Assembly: GCA_965206595.1 (NCBI GenBank)
Contig: OZ242214.1
Location: 2,912,001 to 2,976,000 of the forward strand
Direction: 5' to 3'
Length of the DNA stretch: 64,000 bases
DNA from: Candidatus Latescibacterota bacterium
GTDB taxonomy: Bacteria > Latescibacterota > UBA2968 > UBA8231
Numbering within the stretch: the stretch's first letter is position 1; every line of letters starts with the position of its first letter. Shown piece by piece: positions 1-10,408 of the stretch. The notes below the pieces were generated by a model. It was given only the letters and a program-made list of their open reading frames with translations. It did not search any database and was not told the origin of the DNA. Position numbers and translations under genes: made by a program.

Positions 1-489
1 CAGGAGGACCCGGCGTTCACATTCGATTTCCAAGCCCGCAACCGAAGGCCCCCGCGCGACCCCGTCAACGCGCTGCTGTCCCTCGGCTACAGCCTGCTGG
101 CCAAGGACCTGACCATCGCCTGTTACGCGGTCGGCTTCGATCCTATGATGGGATTCTTTCACCAGCCGCGGCACGGACGGCCCGCTTTGGCGCTTGATTT
201 GATGGAGCCCTTGCGGCCGTTGATCGCCGACTCCGCGGTGCTCAGTTCCGTGAACACCAGGATGGTTTCCGAGCGCGACTTCGTGACCGCGGGGCCGGCC
301 GTTTCGTTGACGGCCGCGGGTCGAAAAAGCTTCCTGCGGGCGTACGAGGCACGGATGGACACACTGGTTACCCATCCGCTATTCGATTACCGCGTCAGCT
401 ACCGGCGCCTGCTCGAGATCCAGGCTCGCCTTCTGGCGAAAACGCTTGGAGGAGAGCTGGAAGAATACCCGGTTTTCGTGACGCGATGA
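1..489 (+). CDS. cas1: CRISPR-associated endonuclease Cas1, 3' part (5' end outside window; possibly Cas4-Cas1 fusion)
   Basis: Frame 1 is open from base 1: [21 protein letters not shown]...[27 protein letters not shown]...[22 protein letters not shown], the Cas1 C-terminal catalytic motifs; adjacent to the array. Confidence 0.97.
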   Translation, partial: QEDPAFTFDFQARNRRPPRDPVNALLSLGYSLLAKDLTIACYAVGFDPMMGFFHQPRHGRPALALDLMEPLRPLIADSAVLSSVNTRMVSERDFVTAGPAVSLTAAGRKSFLRAYEARMDTLVTHPLFDYRVSYRRLLEIQARLLAKTLGGELEEYPVFVTR

Positions 490-671
490 CCTTGCGAGCG
501 GCGAGGCGGCGCGGCGAATCCCCCCGGCGCTCGCGTTGGCGTAAGTGACGTATTATCAATGAGATCCATACGGGAAACAATCAGGACACCGATCGATTTA
601 GAGACGGCGGCGGTCGCCGCTCGCATTTACGCTTCCAAGTGTTTGAGAATACTATAGATAGGGTGCAAGCC
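490..671 (+). promoter_or_regulatory. CRISPR leader
   Basis: 182-bp non-coding stretch before the first repeat; GCGAGCG (494-500) / CGCTCGC (528-534, 618-624) inverted motifs and a partial IHF-like TATCAA (554-559); repeat 3' end ATTGAAGC indicates + orientation. Confidence 0.8.
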
Positions 672-3600
672 CTTTCCGCGATCTGTTGATCGCGGCCTCA
701 TTGAAGCGAGCCCGTGCTTCCATTTTGGACTTTCCGCGATCTGTTGATCGCGGCCTCATTGAAGCGAAACGGTCCCGTCGTTGACGGCCCGGCTTTCCGC
801 GATCTGTTGATCGCGGCCTCATTGAAGCCGGACCGTTCCCGCTGCGGCCCAACGCGTCTCCGGGCACGCGCTTTCCGCGATCTGTTGATCGCGGCCTCAT
901 TGAAGCGACGCTTGAACTGCGTTTGCCTTTCCGCGATCTGTTGATCGCGGCCTCATTGAAGCGGCGATCACCGGGACCGGCCTTTCCGCGATCTGTTGAT
1001 CACCACGCTTCGGAACTTTCCGCGATCTGTTGATCGCGGCCTCATTGAAGCGGAGGTCGTATAAGTGGATCACCAAATTGCAGCACAGGCTTTCCGCGAT
1101 CTGTTGATCGCGGCCTCATTGAAGCTATGGAATCACCCGCCGGCAGAGCTTTCCGCGATCTGTTGATCGCGGCCTCATTGAAGCGACGTTTTTCGGCGAC
1201 TTTCCGCGAGGTGGTAGACACCACATCGCTGATCGCGGCCTCATTGAAGCGACGGCGAGAGCTTTCCGCGATCTGTTGATCGCGGCCTCATTGAAGCATG
1301 TTTTTTCCTTTCGTGGTTTACTGCGAGAGCCTTCTTTCCGCGATCTGTTGATCGCGGCCTCATTGAAGCCAGGAATATCGCTTCGCCGCGGACTTGTCCG
1401 GCATCGCTTTCCGCGATCTGTTGATCGCGGCCTCATTGAAGCGCGGGACGCACCCGAACCAGGTGCCGAGCATCACGACTTTCCGCGATCTGTTGATCGC
1501 GGCCTCATTGAAGCTGGGAACCGGTTCGCAAAGCCAACATGGCTGTTTTCTTTCCGCGATCTGTTGATCGCGGCCTCATTGAAGCCAGCAGGGCCTTCTT
1601 GGCGTCGGCCAGGTGCCAAAACCCCTTTCCGCGATCTGTTGATCGCGGCCTCATTGAAGCACCTCTCCGGCGAGCAGGACCAATGACCTTCAGTCCGTCA
1701 ACTTTCCGCGATCTGTTGATCGCGGCCTCATTGAAGCCCAGCCCGAATTGGGAAGCGGCCCTTTCCGTCGATACCTTGGCTTTCCGCGATCTGTTGATCG
1801 CGGCCTCATTGAAGCCAGGCTCCATGCCCGCAAAGGATAGCTGCCGGCTGCTTTCCGCGATCTGTTGATCGCGGCCTCATTGAAGCGTCCCGCTCCCGGG
1901 TCCGTCCTTCGGCCGCCGCCTGGTCTTTCCGCGATCTGTTGATCGCGGCCTCATTGAAGCCAAATCGAGAAAACCCTGTACCGCTGGACCATCCGGCACT
2001 TTCCGCGATCTGTTGATCGCGGCCTCATTGAAGCCGGAGCGGTTGGGGAAGAATTCGTTCGGCGCTACCTCTTTCCGCGATCTGTTGATCGCGGCCTCAT
2101 TGAAGCCCCGGGCGCAACGCGGTAGCCGGAACCGTGAAAAGAAGCTTTCCGCGATCTGTTGATCGCGGCCTCATTGAAGCTCGGATACCGAACTCAGTGC
2201 TGGATGTAAGCCCGTAGAAACTTTCCGCGATCTGTTGATCGCGGCCTCATTGAAGCCGCCCGGTTCGCTGGACAGGACCATGCGCGGGAATCTTTCCGCG
2301 ATCTGTTGATCGCGGCCTCATTGAAGCATGTTTGCGCTATTCACAATAAGGCCCCCGCAGAACCGACTTTCCGCGATCTGTTGATCGCGGCCTCATTGAA
2401 GCCAGGACCTGCTGGTCGAAGGGATCGAGGAAGCCGACTTTCCGCGATCTGTTGATCGCGGCCTCATTGAAGCCGGGCGCGTCTGCTGCCTGCCGGTACA
2501 CGCGCCACACCTTTCCGCGATCTGTTGATCGCGGCCTCATTGAAGCTTCTGTTGTGCGCCCTTCCCTGAACCCTACGGGCCGCTTTCCGCGATCTGTTGA
2601 TCGCGGCCTCATTGAAGCGCCGCGCATGTTGTTCGGTTTGTCGGCTATCAGGTTTCCGACCTTTCCGCGATCTGTTGATCGCGGCCTCATTGAAGCGACC
2701 TGGTCCAGGGATTCGCCCACAAGAGACACGTCCTGCAGCTTTCCGCGATCTGTTGATCGCGGCCTCATTGAAGCTGCTGGCCGTCGTCCTGGTCCTACTT
2801 TTCGCCGCCCAACTTTCCGCGATCTGTTGATCGCGGCCTCATTGAAGCGAACAAATGCATAGCATTCAGGCCCAGATACAACAGCTTTCCGCGATCTGTT
2901 GATCGCGGCCTCATTGAAGCTTGTTCCCTCCGGTCCCTGAAACCCGAACCGCCCCGGCTTTCCGCGATCTGTTGATCGCGGCCTCATTGAAGCACAGTTT
3001 ATTCGTTCGATAGGGAAAGGTATTGGAAGCTTTCCGCGATCTGTTGATCGCGGCCTCATTGAAGCGCGGCCGATGCCGTTACGGAGCCAAAGCTGGACGC
3101 CACCAACTTTCCGCGATCTGTTGATCGCGGCCTCATTGAAGCCACAGAGGCAGGGGGAACCGTCACCCAAGTCCAATTGCTTTCCGCGATCTGTTGATCG
3201 CGGCCTCATTGAAGCTTCCGACGGGTAAAGGCCAAGAAGGAGAAGGCCGGCTTTCCGCGATCTGTTGATCGCGGCCTCATTGAAGCCCGGTTTCCATTTG
3301 GAGACCCGCGTCCGGTGCACCTTTCCGCGATCTGTTGATCGCGGCCTCATTGAAGCGCGGCCGGCTCTCGAAGCCGATGGCGCGTCCGGCAGTTCCTTTC
3401 CGCGATCTGTTGATCGCGGCCTCATTGAAGCACGGCGGCTTGCGAACCTTCGCCGTATCCTTGCGAGACCTTTCCGCGATCTGTTGATCGCGGCCTCATT
3501 GAAGCACTCCGTCCACCAACACATCTACCTGTCGCTTTCGCTGCACGACTTTCCGCGATCTGTTGATCGCGGCCTCATTGAAGCAACACTTACAGCCGCT

Positions 3601-6600
3601 CCTTGGATATTCGCAGTATGAGAGCTTTCCGCGATCTGTTGATCGCGGCCTCATTGAAGCTGGCGCAACACCCGCTGCTGTTCGAGCGATGCGGCGATGC
3701 TTTCCGCGATCTGTTGATCGCGGCCTCATTGAAGCAGGGTGACCATAAACCCCCTCGACGGCGGGCCGACCACGGTCGCCTTTCCGCGATCTGTTGATCG
3801 CGGCCTCATTGAAGCGCGCCGCGGCCGTCCTGGACCCAGAAGGTGAGATCGGCCTTTCCGCGATCTGTTGATCGCGGCCTCATTGAAGCACCGTCGACGA
3901 GTTCTTCAACACCGACGAAACCACCCAGCTTTCCGCGATCTGTTGATCGCGGCCTCATTGAAGCCCCGGCGGTGAACTTCCACGACGAACTTGGCGAGTA
4001 TGACTTTCCGCGATCTGTTGATCGCGGCCTCATTGAAGCTGGGCCGGCCGTTTCATGCCTGCCGCTCGGCCTCCCGGCTTTCCGCGATCTGTTGATCGCG
4101 GCCTCATTGAAGCCGGGAGCCGGGCCTACCGGACGAAGTCCGCCGGTGGGCCTTTCCGCGATCTGTTGATCGCGGCCTCATTGAAGCCCGAAACGATCAG
4201 GACAGCGTCGCCGACGGGTTCCGCTTTCCGCGATCTGTTGATCGCGGCCTCATTGAAGCCTTGGCCTTGGCCTTCGTCTTGACCGGCCTGGCCGGCCGAC
4301 TTTCCGCGATCTGTTGATCGCGGCCTCATTGAAGCCTGTACGTCGGCCGCATGGTGCCCGAAAAAGGAACTTTCCGCGATCTGTTGATCGCGGCCTCATT
4401 GAAGCGAGGCACAATGTGCAATATCGGCCGGTGCGGGGCCTTCTTTCCGCGATCTGTTGATCGCGGCCTCATTGAAGCCCGGCCGACCCCGCGCGGATCG
4501 CGGCCGCGGCGCCCCTTTCCGCGATCTGTTGATCGCGGCCTCATTGAAGCCTGGAGAGCGTCAGGACTCGCAAAGGCTCCTGAGCTAAACTTTCCGCGAT
4601 CTGTTGATCGCGGCCTCATTGAAGCGGGGAGACGGGCGACGTGGAAGACGGCACCACTACGCTTGCAGCTTTCCGCGATCTGTTGATCGCGGCCTCATTG
4701 AAGCGGGGGACCGGGCGCTGGAAAGCAGGTCGACGGTGGCACTTTCCGCGATCTGTTGATCGCGGCCTCATTGAAGCGTCTATTACGTTTTCTTCAGCTA
4801 CCAGGAGGCCGGCGCTTTCCGCGATCTGTTGATCGCGGCCTCATTGAAGCCTTGGTGTGTGCTGTGTTTCTCATGTATTAAGTATAGCTTTCCGCGATCT
4901 GTTGATCGCGGCCTCATTGAAGCGCAGCCGTACACCTTGTAAGCAAAAGCCGACGAGGGCTTTCCGCGATCTGTTGATCGCGGCCTCATTGAAGCTGCGT
5001 GTTCGAGGGCCATGCATTGCAGGTGCTCTTTTCTTTCCGCGATCTGTTGATCGCGGCCTCATTGAAGCATGCGCGTTTCGGCCGTCGATTCGCCGACCGT
5101 CCACTTTCCGCGATCTGTTGATCGCGGCCTCATTGAAGCGACGTTAGTTGCATTTTGAACATACCTAAAGCTAAGGGCTTTCCGCGATCTGTTGATCGCG
5201 GCCTCATTGAAGCACTCGCCCACCCGGCTTTCCAAGCTCCGGACCTGGAGGGTCTTTCCGCGATCTGTTGATCGCGGCCTCATTGAAGCCGAGCAGCAGC
5301 AAGGTGTTGCAATGCGAAGACTGCGACTTTCCGCGATCTGTTGATCGCGGCCTCATTGAAGCACCATTTCAGCAATCTTGTCGTTCGGAAGGTATGCTTT
5401 CCGCGATCTGTTGATCGCGGCCTCATTGAAGCCGCTAGACGCAGCCTCAACGAAAAACCCGTACGCGTCCTTTCCGCGATCTGTTGATCGCGGCCTCATT
5501 GAAGCGCTGGACGAACACCCCACCCACTTGGACGACGAACCCGACTTTCCGCGATCTGTTGATCGCGGCCTCATTGAAGCCCGTTGGCGAGAACGACATC
5601 ACCGACATTCTGACTGCTTTCCGCGATCTGTTGATCGCGGCCTCATTGAAGCCGTGCCAACTCGGCGAACTGTGAATCGCTGACCCGCTTGGGCCTTTCC
5701 GCGATCTGTTGATCGCGGCCTCATTGAAGCCTGAGGTCGAGCAGCAGGCGGGTGGTCAGATCTACGGCTTTCCGCGATCTGTTGATCGCGGCCTCATTGA
5801 AGCTTCTTGAAACCCTCCTTGTGAGGTTATTCCATCAATGAACTTTCCGCGATCTGTTGATCGCGGCCTCATTGAAGCTCCGGGGCTCCTGTTTCACCAA
5901 CTTCCACTCCACTTCTTTCCGCGATCTGTTGATCGCGGCCTCATTGAAGCGGCAATAGCTTGTTCGTAAAACTGCTCGGCTTGAGCTTTCCGCGATCTGT
6001 TGATCGCGGCCTCATTGAAGCATTTGGCGGTATCGAGTTTAGTTTTCAAGTGGGCCGGCCTCTTTCCGCGATCTGTTGATCGCGGCCTCATTGAAGCCAG
6101 GTGAAATAGATCGCGAAGATCGGACACGAGACGAGCCTTTCCGCGATCTGTTGATCGCGGCCTCATTGAAGCGGGATTTATCGACCGCGCAACGTTTGTG
6201 GTCGGCAACTTTCCGCGATCTGTTGATCGCGGCCTCATTGAAGCCCGCGGGATTTTTTGCAGGTCGGGCAACCGGAGGAGGGCTTTCCGCGATCTGTTGA
6301 TCGCGGCCTCATTGAAGCAGGTGATCGAGGGTCAGGTGTGCTTCTCCTTCAACAGTGCTTTCCGCGATCTGTTGATCGCGGCCTCATTGAAGCGTTGGGG
6401 GCGGTCGCGCCTTGGGGCCTGATCTGGAAACTTTCCGCGATCTGTTGATCGCGGCCTCATTGAAGCGCCCTTTCTTCCGGATCCTTGGTGGACTCGAACT
6501 GCTCACGGGCTTTCCGCGATCTGTTGATCGCGGCCTCATTGAAGCGGATTTGCCCGGACGATAGGGAAGAATCTTCATCACCCTTTCCGCGATCTGTTGA

Positions 6601-8305
6601 TCGCGGCCTCATTGAAGCCCATCAGGCGATGATAGCCTCGATGCCCGTGGCGGCTTTCCGCGATCTGTTGATCGCGGCCTCATTGAAGCGCCCCTGATAA
6701 CCTTACGAAACAGAATAAAACGAGGGGGCTTTCCGCGATCTGTTGATCGCGGCCTCATTGAAGCGCGAGCAGTTTCAGGCGCTGTTCGGTGCCGACCTAT
6801 CGCCTTTCCGCGATCTGTTGATCGCGGCCTCATTGAAGCGAGCCGCTGGAAATCCTCAATGGCTCCCGCTGCGCCCTTTCCGCGATCTGTTGATCGCGGC
6901 CTCATTGAAGCCGTGAAGGTCCGCATCCTGATACATGGACTGCCTTTCCGCGATCTGTTGATCGCGGCCTCATTGAAGCTCGACCGCTGGCGCTTGGCGA
7001 ACGACCTGGCGGGCCGTTCGAACTTTCCGCGATCTGTTGATCGCGGCCTCATTGAAGCCGGCCGTCGAGCATCTGCAGGCCGCCATACGGGTTGGCACTT
7101 TCCGCGATCTGTTGATCGCGGCCTCATTGAAGCAAGTTCGGAATGAGGCTCGAGGTATTTGTAGATCTCGTCTTTCCGCGATCTGTTGATCGCGGCCTCA
7201 TTGAAGCGCGCAGAGCATGGCCGTTGCTGTTCGCACCATGCAACTTTCCGCGATCTGTTGATCGCGGCCTCATTGAAGCGTCGGGGTGCTGAAGCCAGCC
7301 GGAAGGCCACCACGCCGCCGCTTTCCGCGATCTGTTGATCGCGGCCTCATTGAAGCCCGCCGGTCCGCCCGGCTGACGCGCTGCGGATACCGGGCCTTTC
7401 CGCGATCTGTTGATCGCGGCCTCATTGAAGCAAGGCGGCGCCGGCTGCTTTCGATCCTATGGGCGCCTCTTTCCGCGATCTGTTGATCGCGGCCTCATTG
7501 AAGCGAGCCGGGAGATCCGCTGATAACGACCGACGATATCGTCACTTTCCGCGATCTGTTGATCGCGGCCTCATTGAAGCCAAGGGACTACTCGCAGTAC
7601 CGGCAGTACCTTGAGACGACTTTCCGCGATCTGTTGATCGCGGCCTCATTGAAGCCAGCTGTCGGCCGGTCGCGTCGAGCTTTTTACGGCGATGGCCTTT
7701 CCGCGATCTGTTGATCGCGGCCTCATTGAAGCGGCTATGGTAATATCTCCAGTAGCCCACAAAGACCCCTTTCCGCGATCTGTTGATCGCGGCCTCATTG
7801 AAGCGGCTCGGCCGGCGTCTGCTACGCGTCGGCCTCCGCTTTCCGCGATCTGTTGATCGCGGCCTCATTGAAGCTCTACAAACTCCCTTAGGGGTATCCA
7901 TTTAAGAGGACTGGCACAGGAGGGCAATAATCTTATTCGCTTCCTGTTCGGGCAGCCCTCTAAATTCAAGTTTTTGAATCGTTCAGCCCGGCTTGGCGTC
8001 CAGTTACCCTCGTCGAGATCTTCCACGATACGCCCCGTTCCGCGAAGAATGCCGACACCGTCACCCCAGCACACACCGTCGGCCCGAGGGATCCCCTGGA
8101 TATGCCATGGCGAAGGCTGCCCGAACAGAATGAGCCTGGATTGGTTTGCCGATTCTGAGAAGAACCGCCGCCAAAACCAATATTTCGTTTCTTCGCTCAA
8201 ATTTATATGGCGGGGTCCAGTTAAATGGATACCCCTAAACTCCCTTTTACTATCGGCTACTTGCGGCATCTTTCCGCGATCTGTTGATCGCGGCCTCATT
8301 GAAGC
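672..8305 (+). CRISPR. CRISPR array, ~101 repeats / ~100 spacers, 36-bp repeat CTTTCCGCGATCTGTTGATCGCGGCCTCATTGAAGC (type I-G/I-U-like)
   Basis: Manual count of the repeats; internal hairpin CCGCGATC..GATCGCGG; typical spacers ~32-43 nt; last repeat (8270-8305) separated by a MITE-interrupted spacer. Subtype is inferred from repeat and Cas1 style only. Confidence 0.99.
7890..8236. mobile_element. MITE / non-autonomous IS derivative inserted in the last CRISPR spacer
   Basis: Perfect 16-bp TIRs AGGGGTATCCATTTAA (7890-7905) / TTAAATGGATACCCCT (8221-8236); direct repeat AAACTCCCTT at 7880-7889 and 8237-8246; removing the element restores a 38-nt spacer; no transposase. Confidence 0.93.
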
Positions 8306-8606
8306 CGATATAGCCGGGGACGGGGTAGCGGCGGCGCGCTTGGAGGAGCTGCGCGACCTGCTCGGGCGGTACCGGGAACGCCACGAGTTCCTGCTGACTG
8401 CGGATGAGAAGCTGAGGGGAAAACGCCTGGTAACCGGGCCGCTGATCAGCGGCAGGAAGCGTCCGTTAAGTTAATTGTGAGGTTGGAAGATCGGCCGGAA
8501 GGATCTTGTGGTCACCGCTTGAATGAAAGGATTCTTCCACCGGTGGGCTAACTAAAGGATCAATACCTGTATCCTTTCTTCTCCGCTTCGGCCGTCTCCG
8601 GAATAA

Positions 8607-10019
8607 TTACAAGCATTCCCCTTCACCATTTAGCGATTGGCCTTCGGGACAGCATTGCGACGATAGACCTTCAAAATGGCTTAGGTATTCACCTTCGGGA
8701 CAGCAAACCCGCACCAATTTCCATTCATATTCGCAAGGTGGAGATTCACCATTTGAGCACGTAGTGGCAGGATCTTCCATCGCCTTGCAAAGGTCATTTT
8801 TTCTATTCTGGTATTCCCCGGGTGTTGCATTGTGGCCGCAAACTATGGTATACGGACTGTTATAAAGCGGAATTGCTGTATTGCCCGGCGAATTCCCATC
8901 CACGGTATAGCGCTCCCAACTCTTGCTGTGAGGGAATAAACGAGACCTTGGCTGGTCCCCGGGGGCGGGGTATCGCGCACCGTTCGGGCGGCAATCAGTG
9001 GGAATCGTGTTCTGTGGAGGAGGCGGAGGTGGCGGGGGAGGAGGCGGAGGAGGAGGAGGAGGTGGTGGGGGTGGTGGCTGCCCGTCGTCCGTGCCGTCCC
9101 CAGTCGTGGTCCCATCGTCGACACCGTCATCCGTCGTCGTGCCGCCGTCATCCCCCTGACCGTCGCCCGTCGTGGTGCCGCCGTCGTCCCCCTGGCCGTC
9201 GCCCGTCGTCGTGCCGCCGTCATCCCCCTGACCGTCATCCGTCGTCGTGCCGCCGTCATCCCCCTGACCGTCATCCGTCGTCGTGCCGCCGTCATCCCCC
9301 TGACCGTCATCCGTCGTCGTGCCGCCGTCATCCCCCTGACCGTCGTCCGTCGTCGTGCCGCCGTCATCCCCCTGACCGTCGTCCGTCGTCGTACCGCCGT
9401 CGTCCCCATCGTCGACGGTTCCGTCATCCGTCGTGTCTACATCGCCCCTTTGTCCGTCGTCGGTGGTGCCTCCGTCATCACCCTTCCCGTCACCCACCGA
9501 GCCCCCGTCGTCCGTCTGTCCGTCGTCACGGGGCCCTCTGCCATCGTCGTCGCCCTTGCCGTCGTCCGTGGTGGTGCCTCCGTCATCGGCCGTCCCGTCG
9601 TCCGTGGTGGTGCCTCCGTCATCGGCCGTCCCGTCGTCCGTGGTGGTGCCTCCGTCATCGGCCGTCCCGTCATCCGTGGTGGTGCCTCCGTCATCGGCCG
9701 TCCCGTCATCCGTCGTGCCTGCATCATCGACCGTCCCGTCATCCGTCGGACCTCCATCGTCGACCTGGCCTCCGTCAGCCGAGCCTCCGTCCTCACCTCC
9801 GGTGCCGGTCGCGTCCGTGGGTTCCCGGCGCTCTCCGAAGTGGTCGGCGAAGATGAAGAAGTCGTCGAGGTCGACCAGCCCGCCGTCCCCATCGAGGTCG
9901 TACTTCGGGGCCACGGTGCCGAAGTGATCCTTGAACAGCCAGTAATCCTCCCATTCGACCACCCCATCCCCGTTGAAATCGGGAAATACCATCATCCCTA
10001 CCGCAAGCAAGAGCCACAT
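8607..10019 (-). CDS. Secreted protein: dockerin/EF-hand-like N-terminus, Asp/Gly/Thr repeat stalk, poly-Pro linker, Cys-rich C-terminal domain
   Basis: Short hydrophobic N-terminus; DFNGDGVVEWEDY and DLDGDGGLVDLDDFFIFADHFG Ca-binding loops; DDGQGDDGGTTT repeats; long poly-Pro run; two CCPEG motifs. Confidence 0.85.
   Translation of the reverse strand: MWLLLAVGMMVFPDFNGDGVVEWEDYWLFKDHFGTVAPKYDLDGDGGLVDLDDFFIFADHFGERREPTDATGTGGEDGGSADGGQVDDGGPTDDGTVDDAGTTDDGTADDGGTTTDDGTADDGGTTTDDGTADDGGTTTDDGTADDGGTTTDDGKGDDDGRGPRDDGQTDDGGSVGDGKGDDGGTTDDGQRGDVDTTDDGTVDDGDDGGTTTDDGQGDDGGTTTDDGQGDDGGTTTDDGQGDDGGTTTDDGQGDDGGTTTDDGQGDDGGTTTGDGQGDDGGTTTGDGQGDDGGTTTDDGVDDGTTTGDGTDDGQPPPPPPPPPPPPPPPPPPPPPQNTIPTDCRPNGARYPAPGDQPRSRLFPHSKSWERYTVDGNSPGNTAIPLYNSPYTIVCGHNATPGEYQNRKNDLCKAMEDPATTCSNGESPPCEYEWKLVRVCCPEGEYLSHFEGLSSQCCPEGQSLNGEGECL
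9125..9745 (-). repeat. Intragenic 36-bp tandem repeats (DDGQGDDGGTTT about x7, DDGTADDGGTTT about x4)
   Basis: Direct reading of the sequence and translation. Confidence 0.9.
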
Positions 10020-10408
10020 GGCCTACAACTCCTTCTCCCCCCGTAACCGTTCCCCTTCCCGGTCGCTGGGACCGGGAACAGGGACGCAGGGAGCTACGTT
10101 TACGGCGGTAGTTCGAGGTCGAACGCGGTGCTGCCGAAGGCTGCCGGGGGGAGAACCGCTCGGATGGCTCGCCTTCTTCGATGAAACCAGGGAACGCGCC
10201 GCCGGGGAATGCGACACTAATCACTGGTTTAAAATACGAAGACGGGGAAATTCTTGCCCTTGGGTTTTTGGATCCCGTCCTGGCGATTCTGCGGGACTTC
10301 CTGACAGGCGGGATCAAATAGGGATTTCAATCCATTCTCCTGCTCGGAGTTTCAGGATCTCCGGATCTGCGCCGGACGGATACTCCCGGACCCCGGTTTC
10401 GGACCTGG

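Noticed and set aside
1298-7874. Possible strand bias (RNA targeting), duplicated spacers or self-targeting spacers
   Set aside because: Spacers read as coding in both orientations; no duplicates or in-window matches noticed by eye, but no exhaustive search was possible
652-7901. Dozens of ORFs containing MRPRSTDRGK, FRDLLIAASLK or FPRSVDRGLIEA
   Set aside because: These are translations of the CRISPR repeat, not genes
7890-8236. Idea that the insert is a giant Cas1-acquired spacer or a mini-casposon
   Set aside because: The duplication is of spacer sequence rather than the repeat, and TIR plus short TSD fit ordinary IS-type transposition; no casposon genes
9125-9745. 36-bp tandem units as a second CRISPR array
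   Set aside because: Contiguous in-frame coding repeats without unique spacers
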